From Lama guanicoe (taxonomy: Eukaryota), in contig MU054466.1 in assembly GCA_013239625.1 (NCBI GenBank), positions 2,319,770-2,383,769 of the forward strand: a stretch of 64,000 bases of DNA. The letters run 5' to 3'. Shown piece after piece: positions 11,551 to 24,570 of this stretch (position 1 is its first letter; every line of letters starts with the position of its first letter). The notes under the pieces were generated by a model. That model worked only from the letters and a program-made list of their open reading frames with translations, was not told the origin of the DNA and did no database searches. The translations under genes were made by a program, and so were the position numbers.

Positions 11551-14500
11551 GTCATGTCTTGTTCCACAGGCAGCCCCTTTGTGCTCAGCCGACCGGGGAT
11601 ACCTTGCTGAGACGTCCCAGGGTGCAGGCCCCGCGTGGCCGTGGGTAAACCCCACAGCGAAGGCCGCGGCCTTTCCTCGTCCGCTTCCCCTTTGGGTGTT
11701 GCAGGTTCCTGACTTCCTCAGTAGTGATTCCCTGCTCTGGCTGAGAGCAGAATTGCCTGGAGTCTGGGTCCCTTTGCAGATATAGAAAGTCTGACTCACA
11801 CCTCAGCTTTTGTAGTTTTGAAGCCCCACAGGTGACTCTGTGCCGCCAGAGCAGTGGCCCAGAGGTCTGGAGAGGGTGGTGGCCTGGCGCGTGTTGGGGT
11901 CCCTAAGGACTGACCTTGAATGCAGCGTGCGGGCTCCTTTCGCTGGCGGCTGGATGAGGCTGGTTTAAGGACTCGCTGTCTGTAGGAGGCAGCTGGCTTA
12001 GGAGACAGGCGCAGTTCTGCCTGCCTGCGGGTGGATTCCTGGGAGGCATCTCCTTCGCTCTTGCAGCCAGTAGGACTGGAACTGTGGTTGACAAAAAGGG
12101 TTTATTACAAAGTTACGAGATTTAGAATGGAGGGATGGAGGAGGTGACTGGGTCTCCTCCTGGAAGACCCTGCTCCCTGGCCTTTTCCAGGAAAATGAGG
12201 ACAAGAGGGAAGCACTTCACGTCTCAGCGCGGCTCGGATGTGCGGCTGGCCCATTTCCCTCTCGTCTGATGGCGCCCCTCGCCATCTCCCGCAGGGCTGC
12301 ACAGCTCCAGTCGTCTGGCTGGAGACCAGCTCTGGGCTGGTACTTCAGGCAGTGCCACGGTGCGGGAGCCTGGAGTAACTTAGCCGACTGAGCGGCTTGG
12401 CAGACCCAGGCTGCTCCAGCCAGTTTCTGGAGTCGTAAATCCAGGAGCTCTCTGGCCCCAGAGAATAAAATCTCCCCTCCGTCCTAGGCGGCGGGGCCCA
12501 GAGCCGCTGTGTCCCAGAAGCACACCGGCGATGCCATCTTTCTGGGGGTGGTCCCATCTCCAGACGCTGCTTTCCACAGACCCTCTGATGGTCTCCAGCA
12601 CCATTTGGGGCAGGGCCCACAGCCAAGGCCACATGCTGGTTGCCAGCGTGCATGGGCTGGCCTTGGGGACACGCTGATGGGGGCCAGATAGTGGCCACCC
12701 AGGAAAATACGCCACAAGTACTCAGAAATGGCAGCGACCTCAGCAAACACATGCTGGGGAGAAGCAAGGAGGGAGATTCCTGTGAGTTGAGTGAGGCCTT
12801 GAGTGCACGGGGGCAGGAGGCAGGGGCGGTGCCCTTGAAAGACACTGTTGGTAACTCGTTTTGCAGAGTGTGTAATCGGTGTGTGTTTTGTACATCCTGG
12901 TCATCGTTGTCAGTCTCCCGGTTTCCACAAGCTGTTACGGAGTGGCCGGCTCCGCCCCAGGGGCTGTAAGGAAGGCGTTTTCTACCCTCAGGAAGGAGTG
13001 CCGGACACTGGTGCTGGGTAGCATGGAAGCAGGTGTAAGACTGTGGATCAGGTGGGCAGAAGCCCTGCAGACCCCCATCCTGACCGCCAGGTCGTGGTAT
13101 AAAGTAAGTCAGACACCACACGCTTCTGATAAATGACTAACAAAGAAACTGTGTCGGAAGGTGAAAGGCATTTGTGGATCTGAAGAGAAATTCTGGGTTC
13201 TGGTGGGAGGAGAGGGGGTGCCGTGGGAGGCACTCAGGTTCCTGGGCTTGGTTTTGGACTATGTCCCCAGAAGATGAATTCTCCAGGGTTGGGAGACAGG
13301 CAGAGGGAAGAGATGTGTGAGGGCCCGCAGGCTGTGCTGTGGGCATGACTGTGGCTGGGAGACACTGCTGGTTCCTCCTTGTCTGTGACCTGAGGCCGTG
13401 GTGCCAGCCTGCAGCCTGGGACCTGCTCCATCTTCTGCAAACCTGGATGCTGGTTTGGGTCCTGCCTCTCTTCTCCCCCTCCTCAGCTGGGTTGCCAGGT
13501 GCATCCCACTGGTGCGGGTGTAGACAATTTGGGCAGGGGCACAGGTTGGGGCACACAGCCACCTTAGTCCTGACGCAGAGCCGTGGATCCAGTGCCCACG
13601 GGGCTGTGGGAACAGATGAACCCCTTGGGTTCCAAAACAGCTAAGAGATGTGCTTTGGGGAACCTGAGGTGGTCGGAGGATGGGAAAAAAACAGCAAGAA
13701 AAAGAAGCATGAAGGAGGTCAAGAGAAGGCAGACTGAAGATGGGGTGTAAGTGCCCCCAGCTCTTCCTGTTCTGGACGCCCTCCACCCTGCAGCCCTCAC
13801 AAATGAGGGCCAAGGGCAAGTGGTCTGCTGCCTAGGGCGGTCTTTCTGGAAAGAGAAAAGCAGAGTTGGGAAATCAATGTTGGAAGCATAACGAACCCTA
13901 GATTGGAGGACGGAGCTGGGGGAACATGTACCCAGTTAGGGTAAAGGGCGTTATTTCCTCGTGCCAGTGGACAGGCTGCCGGGAAAGGTGAGAGAGAGTT
14001 CTAGGTACAGAGCAGGCTCGGGTGCAGGAGGGCCCAAGGGAGGGTAGGACCAAACTTCTGGTTTATCACGGTTGAGAGGGAGGGGGTCTGCGTTCCAGCC
14101 CAAGGGCTCGAGGCGAGGCATCAGGGATGTGCGCCTGTGGGTGACAGCGGGCATCGCCAGGGAGGTGGCTGGAAGACAGGTGTCTGAATCAGCGTCCCGT
14201 ATTGGACCCTGGGGGCCCAGAGTGTGGGCACCGACATTGCTCAGGCTCTCCAGGGGATTCTGATGCCCACCAAAGCTGGCACAGAGCAGTCGTCTCCAAA
14301 GGGGGTACCCGGGACAGTCTAGGAGTGAGAAGAGAATGTCACAGATACTTAGTGTCCAGGATGGCCACTGCGCTTGTGCATAGCTGGACACGAGCAGGCA
14401 GGTTTTGAGAGTGCTTGGCTGCACTTCCGTTTCATTGCTGCAGGGTCTGGAGGCCGTGCGGGCCACAGGGTGTCAGAGTCGGGGCGGGGGTATAGGAGAT

Positions 14501-15864
14501 GCCCAAGATGCTGGGGGGAGAGGCAGCCGAGGGAGGGGAAGGGAGGAGGTCTTCCAGACCGAGTGACGTTCAGGGACGCCCCCGTGTCTCGGGGTGGGTG
14601 GAATGCAGCTGGCTCCCCCTCCCGGGGCCCCGCCCCCCAGGACTCCTGAGGCCGGGCTGGCTGGGATCCCTGGGGCCTCTGGTACCCCCATCACCGCATG
14701 GATGTGTAGCTCCAGTGGAGAAGTGACAGACCCAGGAGAGCCGCGTTTTGTAGCTGGCAAAATTGAGTCTCTCCCTGGGTCTGTGTGTCCAGTTGGCAAC
14801 CTAGGTTAAGCTTCTGGAGACCCCAGCAAGGCAGACTAGGTGAGTGTTTGCTATAAAAAAATCAAATTGAGGTGTACTCTCTGTAAAGAAGGGTCTTAAC
14901 CTGGAATGTATGGACCTCTGTCCAGAGATGGGGGGCACTCTTGAGCCCTGAAACTGTAGGCAAAGCTGTGTGTGTGTCTGTGTGTGTTCATGGCCGTGTT
15001 TTTCTGGGGACTGGGGCTGTGGGGCTGTGACTTCCCCTAGATTCTCAAAGGGATACGTGACCCCTAAAAGGTTTTGCCCTGTAGTGGGGAGTGGGAGACA
15101 CGGCAGGAAGGGTCTTTGGAACAAAAGTGAGGGCAACCTTGAGCGCGGGCGCAGCAGCAGAGCCGGGAGCCCGGGGGTGGGGACCAGGGAGGTCTTTGCT
15201 GTCTCCCGAGAGCTGTTAGATGTGGGAGGGGGCCGGAGTGGGAAGGCAGCTGCCAGCAGGAGCGGGGTTTTGAGGGGCTCGGAGTCATCCAGGTGAGCAG
15301 AACAGGCACCTGCACTGAGGAAGGACCCGGGAGACAAAAGACAGGAGGGAGGGGGTGACTGGAGGGACTGCCCCTGGGATTTGATCTTGGTGCCAGCGGC
15401 CAGGTATCCCCTCATGTGATCGCTGTAGAGCTGCTGGGATGCAGTGACGTTGGGGACTCCAACTGTAGCTACGGCAGACAGTGGGGATGTGTGAGGGGCC
15501 TATGCAACCTCACGACTCAGTCCGAGGGAGAGATCTGGGGCCAAGTGCCCTCTGCCTCAGTTTCTCCATCTCCAAAGAGGAGATGAGGTAGGGGTTATGG
15601 GCGAGGATGACAAGAAAGGACAGAGGGGGAAGGCCTCGGACGGTGCCCACGGGAGGCATTCGGGGCCGGAGGTGGCAGGGGGGAGGAGGTGCATCCGCTC
15701 TTTCTGTCCTGGAGGCTGTGCTGGACGTGTGGTCCTCGCCCAGCCCTGAGGGCTGACCGTGGTTATCACACAGGTAGGGGAGCTCGGAGAGACACATGCT
15801 GGGCTCCGGTGCCTCCAGGGAGCTCAGAGGGAAACCCTGAGAGTTCTCAGAAGGGAAATTGACC

Positions 15865-16040
15865 GTGACAAATGACATAACAGCAGCTGTCGCTATGAAG
15901 CGTTCAGTGCTTGGAACTGTGTTCCACACGTTCCTGGTGTTACCACCTGTAATTCACAGTTGTCATTCACAACGCTCCCCTTTCTCAGAGGGTCAAACTG
16001 AGGCACGGGCTGATGGAGTCACTTGCTCAGGGGCCCACAA
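15865..16040 (-). mobile_element. MIR remnant
   Basis: ctcccctttctcagagggtcaaactgaggcacggg...gagtcacttgctcagggg. Similar MIR cores lie near 780-850, 20730-20860, 24720-24870, 42960-43050 and 56940-57130. Confidence 0.6.
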
Positions 16041-16945
16041 CTAGCAAACAGAGTAAGAAGAGTTTTAAAATGAGAGGAGGCTTCACAGAGAGGAGGCTGA
16101 ATGTGGGGATTCTGATCCCCCTTCGCTCGGAGGGTGTGGTCTCTGCAGAGCGTAAAGGATGGAGGACCACGGAGGGAAACTCCTGAGAGCTGATCTTGTT
16201 CGTGAGGTTTGCCCATCAGCTGGAGAGGAACTAAATAAATTAAGCTCTATCCTGACAGCAGAATATTAAGCAGTCATTTTAAACAGTATTATGGATTCGT
16301 GTTTAATGACCTAGAAAAATGTTCAGAGTGCATTAAATTTAAGAGCCCAGTTAGTCTGTATGCTTCAACGTTTTAAACGCTGTCCAGTATACTTTTTTAA
16401 ATGCACAATGCGTAGCTGTAAAAAGACATCGAACACATACCCAGGTTAAGAAGTCACTGCCGCCCAGGACCTGTTCACCCTCCTGGCCCCAGCCCCCTCC
16501 TTTTCCTTGGAGAGGTAACCACTGTGAAAATTTGCCAGCTTTATGTAGTTTGACTGCTTCTGTATGTAACTCTGTCCCTTTTTCCCTTAACTGTGCATAT
16601 GCATAACATGGAAAGAAGAGTCTGGAAGGATGTCTGTCGAAATTCAAGGCAGTGGGTGAGAGCCAGGGTGATTTGTGCTTCTTTCTGCTTATCTGCATTT
16701 TTCTAAATTCTCTGTGATCAACGTGTATTAGTTGTATAATTATTTTAAAGTTAAAAGGCGACGGGGAGATGGGGGGTGAGTGTCTTCAGGAGCGGGGGCG
16801 GGCAGAGAGAAGGTTGCAGGTGAGAGGGTGTGAGCCCTGAGCCTGGAGGGAGGGGATCACGTCCAGGGCTGCCTAACTTTGATTAGGAAAGGATTGATTG
16901 CTTCTGGGAAAGACTTACCCTTCTTCTGCCTCAAAGAGTTTTGCT

Positions 16946-17038
16946 TTGTATCAGCTTTACTGAGGGATAATTCACATCCTGTCCACTTGTTTACACTGGA
17001 CCATTCAGTGGTTTTCGGTGCAGTCACGGGGTTGTGCA
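16946..17038 (-). mobile_element. L1M 3' terminal fragment
   Basis: cagctttactgagggataattcacat...ttcagtggttttcggtgcagtcacggggttgtgca. Confidence 0.6.
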
Positions 17039-20000
17039 GGCTTTGGGGTGTATGACATTCAGAGGCTCCCTGAGCTGGGCGTATCCGATGTCTCCGAGGG
17101 GAACCTCGGGGGCGCCTTTCTGACTAGTGCTGCCCCGAGGCCGTGCCCTGCAACGGGGGGAGCGTGATGCAGTCGGCCTCCTGGAACTTTGCTGGCCTTT
17201 CAGGGCTTGGCAGACTACTCACCCCTGGCCTCCGATTGCCTGTCGTGGGACGAGCCACGCCCGGTCCTAATGCAAAGTCTGCAGCTGCTTTTGAGCCACG
17301 AGGCGGCATAGCGTGGTGGTTAGCTACCACCTGGCGCTTTGCGGCAGCTTTCCCCACCTCCCAGCGGGCGCTTCCTGAGCCTGGCTCGCCTCTCACCTGG
17401 TGGCCTGCCCCTGCTTTCCAGCAGCAGTGATGCTTGCGGGGTATCATTCTCTGAGCCACGGGGCTAAAAGAGGGCAAGAACCCGGCCTTCTGTGGTAGAA
17501 CGTTCCAGGGGGAGGAATCCCTGGCGACCGAGCCTGGCTTGGGATGAGACTTCATTTGGCCTCTTCTGATCTTGGGTGGGCTTCCCGGGAGCCCCCAGAG
17601 GGCAGATAGTCCTCAGTTGTGAGTCTCTTAGGTAAAAGCATCGATCGTCTAGGGCTTCTCAGGGCAAAAGGACTTCCTCTCTTGCCACGAGGCAGGCGGT
17701 AGTTCAGGCAGGTGTCCTGCCCTGTCTGGGTGGGGAGCAGTCGGTGACTCACCGAGGTCGCGCAGCTGAGGACTGGCGCCAGGGGTCTAAGGAGCCAGGT
17801 CCTGGCTCAGGTCTCTGGAAACAGGTCGGACGTCACAGCTTTGGACTTTCCATTGCTCTGTTCCGTGTGGCTCGGAGCCTGGCTGTGCTTGGAAGGGCCG
17901 ATTCTGGTAGGGATGTTTTGTCTTAACCTGAGCAGTGCAGAAGCCTAGAAGGGCCTTTTGGCAGAGCCGATCAAAGACTTTAAAAATAACGTCTCCCCTT
18001 TGGTCAGGCAGCTCTATGTGCAGGAATTTTTCTGAGGGAAACGAGGCCGCGGGCTCGTGTTACAGGGACCTTCACCTCGTCCTGTTTGTCTCAGGGAAGT
18101 GTCAGAAACTCGCTGACATCGCAGCAGGGCACTGGCCACATCACAGCCTCAGAGGCTGTGCGGGGCCCCAGGGGACAGTTTCTTACTGAATGTAAAAGGT
18201 TCAGAGAAAGGAGGGGAAATGAGACGTTCTCTTGCAAGTGTCTGTTTTCTGATTTCTCTCTGTTGAACTTGAATGATACGTGCTGTTTTTAGAGTCAGGG
18301 TGTGCTGAAGCATGGGGCTGATTGCAGTCAGCGGTGGGAGGGACCCGGACTTTGAAAGCTGGGCTGGTCCTGGCTCAGTGGTGGAGGAGGCCCCGTTGAG
18401 CAGACAGGTTAATCCAGAGCATGGAGCTGCGTTCTAGGAAACCCTGAGGTTTTGTCGGGAGAGCCTGGGCTTGGGAGAAGTGGCTTCGATCCAGAAGCAG
18501 CCTGGAGAGGATGGTGGTGGTGGCTGTGCTGGGACATTCCAGAATGCCATCAGAGGCCCCAGCAGCTGAGTTTTCCGCCACCATGTCCTCTGTGCCCCCG
18601 TTCCCACCCCGCCCCCACTCCAAGCTTGTCCCTCTCTGTGGGTGGGTGTACATGGTCTCACTGAGAAGAGGCTAAGGGACTGGGGGACGGGGTGCTCTGG
18701 GGAAGGAGAAGTAGACATAAGACTTTGTATCCATAGGGCCAAGAAGAGAGGCCCTAAAAAGCGGGGTGAACTGTGGCCGAGAAGTTCCAGAGGGGAGAGC
18801 TCCTCCTGCCCCACGCTGGGTCAGGGACCAGGTGACCTCTCTCTGCGGGGCCCTTCCTCCCACACAGGCTTTTGTCCCTGGATCAGCATTGCCCCCTAGA
18901 GCTCCAGCTTCCTGCCTCTGACATTCTCCTCTCAGGAAACCAACCCCCGAGATCGGTTGCTTTGGTATCTTGGGGCCAACATCACATTCCCCAGACTGAA
19001 TTTCTTAACTGTCAAATTTGTGCAGATCGCCCTCAGCCCCAGACATGAGGTCAGGCATGTCCCATTTCTTATTTGGGGCGGGGACCCCAGGCCAGCCGTC
19101 CTCCCCACCCCCCTGCCTCAAGATGGCTCAGCTCAGCAGCGGCGTCCTAGAGGGGCTGTGTCCCCAACCCAGTGGGGACAGGTGCTCTCCCTGCAGGAGG
19201 AGGGGTGGCCAGCGTCGTTGGAAGCCCTGACCTTGAGGTGTGACAGCTCAGAAGAGCGAGGAATGCTGTCACCGTGCTGCCAGGCTGGGGAAGGAAGGAT
19301 TTTCTGCCTGCCAGACCGTCTGTAAACACCAAGAGCATGCACCTGCCAGGCATCTTCACAGCGCCCCCAAGTCAGCTGTCCCTTTGCTTGTCAGCCCAGC
19401 CTTTGCGTCAGATCTCTGTGATGGGTGGACCCACAACCAGTGTCCTGATGGGTGCTTGCCCTCTGGCTGGCTTGTCACTGTCCCTGACTTCAGCGCTGGT
19501 GCTCTGATGTCACAGCACCGCAGGTCTGAGGTTCCCGTGGCAGCGGCTGCCAGAGTTCACCAGCTGGGGCAGGTGCTGGGCACTGGCGGAGGTGGGGAGC
19601 TGTGATTCCAGCCAAGCTTGGTCAGTGGGCCCCGAGATCCCATGCAGGCCCCTCTGGGTGGAGGTTCCTGTGTCCGCCCCCTGGTCCCCTGTGGGAGTGG
19701 AGTTCTTTCTGTGTCCAGCTGTTTGGTGAGGCTCTTAAGGGGCCCTGGGGAAATGGACCAGTTAGGGTGCCCAGGCCTTGTGTCCAGAAGGCCAGTTTGA
19801 AAGTCCCTGCACCATGGGGCTCTGCGGATATGGTTTGATCTGGAAGGATGGGCGGTGGACACTGGTGGGATGGGCTTGGGGGGGCGTGGTTGTTTGAGGG
19901 GTGTGGGGAGAGGCCACTGCACAGCCGGAACAGCTGTTGTTACTGGGGGCCGCTGACCTAGGTGGGGCAGCTGCAGCCGTAAGGTTTGCGGGACAGTGAT

Positions 20001-20538
20001 TGGCGCTGTCAGGAGACATCTAATAAGGCACCAGTTGGGTCAGTCGTAAGCAGCCCCCCAGCTAACCTGGTGTCGCCCACAAATTCAGAAGGGTCGGTGC
20101 CTCAAGTCTGTCTTGATGAAGCTGGCTGGGGAGGTAACAGACACCATGACCTGAGCTTGTTCTCCGAGAAGCTGGCTGCCTTGCCTCTAGAACCTTCCCG
20201 GCCCTGAGTGTGCACCAGGAAGATGGTTGAATGTGCAGATTCACAGCCCCCACCCCGGGATTCAGGTGGACAAACCTGCAGTGGGGTCTGGCCAGGACTT
20301 AGTCTACCAGGACCCGCTCCCTGCCAGGTGATTCTGACAGCTCGTCCAGCACCCAGGCAGCCTCAGGAGCCAGCACTCTGGAACTTAGCTGAGTCAGGAT
20401 CGGGAAGTGAGCAAAAACAGAGGCTCTGGGCAGCCCCTTGGGTGTCATAAAGCTATTTTTAGAGTCCAGAACTCAGGAAAATGGAGTTTAAATGTTTCTG
20501 ATGTTTGTTTTTTCCGGCCTTGGCTTGGATTCCTCCAG

Positions 20539-20680
20539 TGATGGGTGTCTCACTACCTAACAAGTCAGCCCATTGATTTCAAGACAACCCTGTAGAAAGT
20601 GCTGTTTTCCACCCAGCCAGTTTCTGCCTCCCTGTAACATGTTCTCGGTGGTCTAGTCCAGGCATCTGGAGACACACACA
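20539..20680 (+). other. CEP295NL: CEP295NL (DDC8) upstream exon, non-coding in this species
   Basis: Pyrimidine tract + tcctccag| acceptor and a strong CA|GTAAGT donor. 20637-20678 translates TCSRWSSPGIWRHT, matching the recalled human CEP295NL N-terminus MCSGWSSSVIWRHT but with ACA in place of ATG. Confidence 0.72.
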
Positions 20681-22379
20681 GTAAGTAACCATCCTCTTCC
20701 CCAGACGGTTCACCAAGCATTTGGGTGTTTCTAACGGTGATGAGTGCTAGCATCTATGCAGCAGGGTGCTGCTGTTACTGTCCCCCTTTTACAGGTGAGC
20801 AAACTGAGGCACCTGGAGGTGAGCTTGCCCTGGGTCACAAAGTCAGGACTCTGAACCACCAGAGCACAACGTTCTGGACTTTCCATCACTTGCAAGCCCC
20901 ACTCCAAGCATTCCTGGTTCCTTAAGGCTTTTCTTCTTATGACCTGTTTTTGATCATTTTTGCATTCTGCTCCTAAACTCTGAAGCTGCAGTCCCTTCTC
21001 CCAGGCCACCGCCTGCCTCTCCGAATCCCATCTGGGAAGATGCGTCTCTCTTATTCAGATTTTCTCCTTAGTGAGTAAAGGTGGAGTTTTCCTTTGCTGT
21101 AGGTTTCCTAGTAGGTGAGTTCCCAAGCATTTCAATAGTTCTATTTTGATTTGGGAAACTTCCCCCGACAACCTTGTCTAGTTAGACGTTGCTGGATGTG
21201 CACACCTCTTCTCAAGTTAGGTAGGCACTCATCTGACAGTCAGCTCTTCCTGCGTGAGGCGACCTTTTGTGTCGATGTCTCCGCGATGCTCAGAGCCAGA
21301 GGTGGTCCTGAGCGCTGTCTGGGCCATCCCGGGTGAGGTCTAACCGGCTTTGCGTCTTGGGAGCTGCACTCTCCCACTTGGCGCTTGCAGGGTTGGATCT
21401 GGGGACCCACGCATGGATCGTAGGTGTGTTCCCAGCACGCTTTGCCTTGTTAGGTTTGGCCAGGCGTTCAGGCCGTGGACTAGCCGAGCCGTGGCTTGCG
21501 TTCCAGCTGGTTTCCATCTCCCCGAGGGTGGGTGTGTGCTGGGGGTGTCACATCCAGAGCTGACGCCCGGGATTCAGGCGCTCAGGTACTTGACTCCTGG
21601 AAAGGCCGTCAGGGCCCCAGACTAGATTTACTCTTTAGACGCGATTTTGAGAAGCTTCTTTGTGTGACTGCCAGTCCACAGCAGTTTAGAAGCCATACAA
21701 GAAAAGGAGGGGACGATGCCATCAGGCACACAGAAAGGTACAACCAGGGAGGAGGATGTAGGAGGCTCTAAAAATTCAACCTAAAAAGCTCAAATTGTGT
21801 TCTGAGGTCATTTAGAGGAGCTCTGTCGTATACGTATGTATGACGTGTGTGCGAATATATATAGTATATTCATATATATGTATGACAGTTTGGAGGGTCC
21901 TGTATATCTTAAAAGCCCTTGAAGGCTTCTCTGTATTATAGTTTTAAAGATAAGCCAGAGTTCTCCTAAAAAGTTCAAGTTATGTCTGTTCTCTGTGCTC
22001 TCTCAGAAGACGGAGAGATGTTTACCTTTACGTGTGAAGGAGTGCACTGTAATTATAAGGGAGTGTCCTCTCTGGCCATGCCAGCTGATTGGGAGCCCTT
22101 TTGTATCTATTTTCAAATGTTTCAAAGAAAACATGCTCAGCTGTGTCACCGGGTGCGGGGTCCGCGGGCCTTGTTGCTGCAGAAATCGGGACCACCTCGG
22201 GAGGGAGGAGGAACTGGACCTGGGCTGGGGAGCTGAGGGTGGGATGGGGGGTCTATTTGAGGAAGAAGAATGGACATGAGCTCAGTGATGGTACTGGACC
22301 TGGGTGGGGGGCCTTCGGGGTGGCAGAGCCTGGCCAGCCATGTCCAGCTGGGAAGGGGGGCCAGATCATGAGCTGCTGG

Positions 22380-22565
22380 GATGTTCCCAAGCCTGCAGGC
22401 CAGGGACTGCCGGCAGACTTTGGTGAGATGGTTATCTGAGCGCGTTCCTGGGCCCCTCCCCACCGAGGCTGGGAAGGGATCGGTCAGGGGCAGGACCCCA
22501 GAATCTGCATTTTAACCAGCTGCTCCAGTGACTGGGATGCAGGTGGCCTGGGACTGTGTCTGCAG
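22380..22565. mobile_element. MER5-like DNA transposon remnant
   Basis: ttcctgggcccctccccac...cccagaatctgcattttaaccagctgctccagtgactgggatgcaggtgg. Similar remnants lie near 14175-14285, 20215-20370 and 43389-43490. Confidence 0.55.
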
Positions 22566-23754
22566 ACTGGCTGGCGTGGACAGCAGGGACCATTGTAGAT
22601 GCGGAAGTGACCCCCTGGCTGAATTAGACGGGTGGCCGTGGCCGCAGTGCCAGGGGGGAGGGGCCATAAGGAGCCTGAGGAGGAGGCTCAGGTGAGACCC
22701 TCCGACTGGACCCCAGGCCCGCCTGCCGTCGGAGAGCGGGTGCCGCACAGCCTCCATTGTGGTGTGATCGCCGTTCCTCCTCCCGGGCGTGGGTGCCCCA
22801 GTGTCTCCTTAGGGGATCAGAAGCTGCTGAGGGCCTGGTGCCCCACTGCTGCCGGTGAAGAGGGTCCCTCCCTGGCGGCCCTGGAGGGGGTCTGCCTCGG
22901 CTGAGAGGTTGTCTGAGCTGCTGCCCAGGTGACCACCACGGGCTGGCTCCTCGCGCCGGGGACGCGGACGGGGAGAGGAAAAAGGGCCCAGTGTCCGCTG
23001 GGGGCTGCGGGCGGCCAGCCGAGTGTCCACCTCGCCCTCCTGTCTGCCACTCTGAGTGGGGCTTCTGTCTGGACGGGGTTGCGGCTTCCCGAGTGGCTCA
23101 GGGCACAGGCCAGCCTGACCTGCAATGGGGGAGCAGGATCAGAGGACCAGAGGGAGAACCCAGGACGCTCAGAACACTCTGGTCTCAAGTCAGCGCGCGG
23201 GGAAGGGCTTGGCGGTGAGGGCGTGGGGGAGCTGGGGGCTGGAGGAAGGGTGCATCTGTCGGTTGGTTCAGGGTCCTCATTCCCCAACCGGGGAGCTGAC
23301 TGTAATTCCTGGGCTTTATCCTCAAGGTCACGATCCAGGTGTTTTTAAGTTTTCATCATTTGCATGTCCCCTCTGGGTGTATCGTGGTGACCGAGTGGGC
23401 GGGGCCTCCCGGAGCGCGAGAGGCTCCTCCAGGTCTTGCTCATTGTCACCAGTTAACACGGGGCGAGAGCCAGTGACTCCAGGCACAGAAATAGACTTTG
23501 GCTCTCAAGGTGCAATTGTCCCTGTTCTCTCCAGCTGTTTTGCAAGGCAGACAAAGGGGCAGTCACAGCTTTCTCCCTCTCCCTTGCTGGGACTCCCCAG
23601 TGGCCATTTCCAGGGATGAGAAAAGCTCAGTCTTGGGCATTTGGGTCCCAGATTCAAACCCAGCTCCTCCCTGTGGTCTGGGACAGTCACTGTTTCTGCA
23701 CGTCTGTGTCATGGTGTGGGGGCACACTCCCATGTCTCCTGGTTGCACACTGAG

Positions 23755-24570
23755 GGGTCCAGTTGCTGGGTCATGTGATGAATCTGCGTTCACCTTTTCC
23801 TAAAACTACCAAACTGTTTTCCGCACCATCTCTGCGTTCCCACCAGCAGCACGGGAGGGTTCCGACATGTCCCCACGTCCCCACCAGTGCTTGTCACTGC
23901 CTGTCTTCTTAATTGTCGCCATCCTAGTGGGTGTGAAGCAGTGTCTCATTGTCACTTCATTTTGCATTTCCCTGATAACTGTTGGTGTTGAACATCCTTT
24001 TTTGGGCGTTATTAGCCATACATAAATCTCCTTTGGTGACATCGGCTTCAGTCTTCTGCCCGTTTTTAAACTGGATTATTTGTCCTCTTCTTACCGAGTT
24101 GTAAGAGTTGTTTATGCAAACTGGTCTCAAGTCCTTGGTGGGGTGTGTGGTTTCCAGACATCTCCTCCCGGGCCACGTCTTGTGTTTTCACCCAGGAATG
24201 ATGTCTTTTGAAGTGCAAAGGTTTTTAATATTGATGATGTCAAATTGATCGATTTCTTATCTTGCTTATGCTTTTGGTGGTGTATCTCAGAGGTTTTGGC
24301 CCAACCCAAAGTCATGGAGATACACTTCTGTTTCCTTCTAAGCATATTCTATAGTTTAAACCTTATGTTAGGGTCTGTGATCCATTTTGAGTTAATCTTT
24401 GTACCTGGTGTGTAATTCTGTATATGGTGAGATGAGGGTCTGACTTCATCTTTTTTTGCATATGGATATCCAGTTCTCGCAGCAACCTTTGTTGAAAACA
24501 ACAGAGGAACTATTCTTTCTCCCAACTTTCTTGAGTTGCTGTGGCCCTTTCGTTGAAAATCTCAATCACT
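23755..24570 (-). mobile_element. Old L1 fragment (ORF2 3' part)
   Basis: Minus-strand translation IREMQNEVTMRHCFTPTRMATIKKTG resembles the L1 ORF2 C-terminus; ttgcatatggatatccagtt is an L1 motif. Confidence 0.85.
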
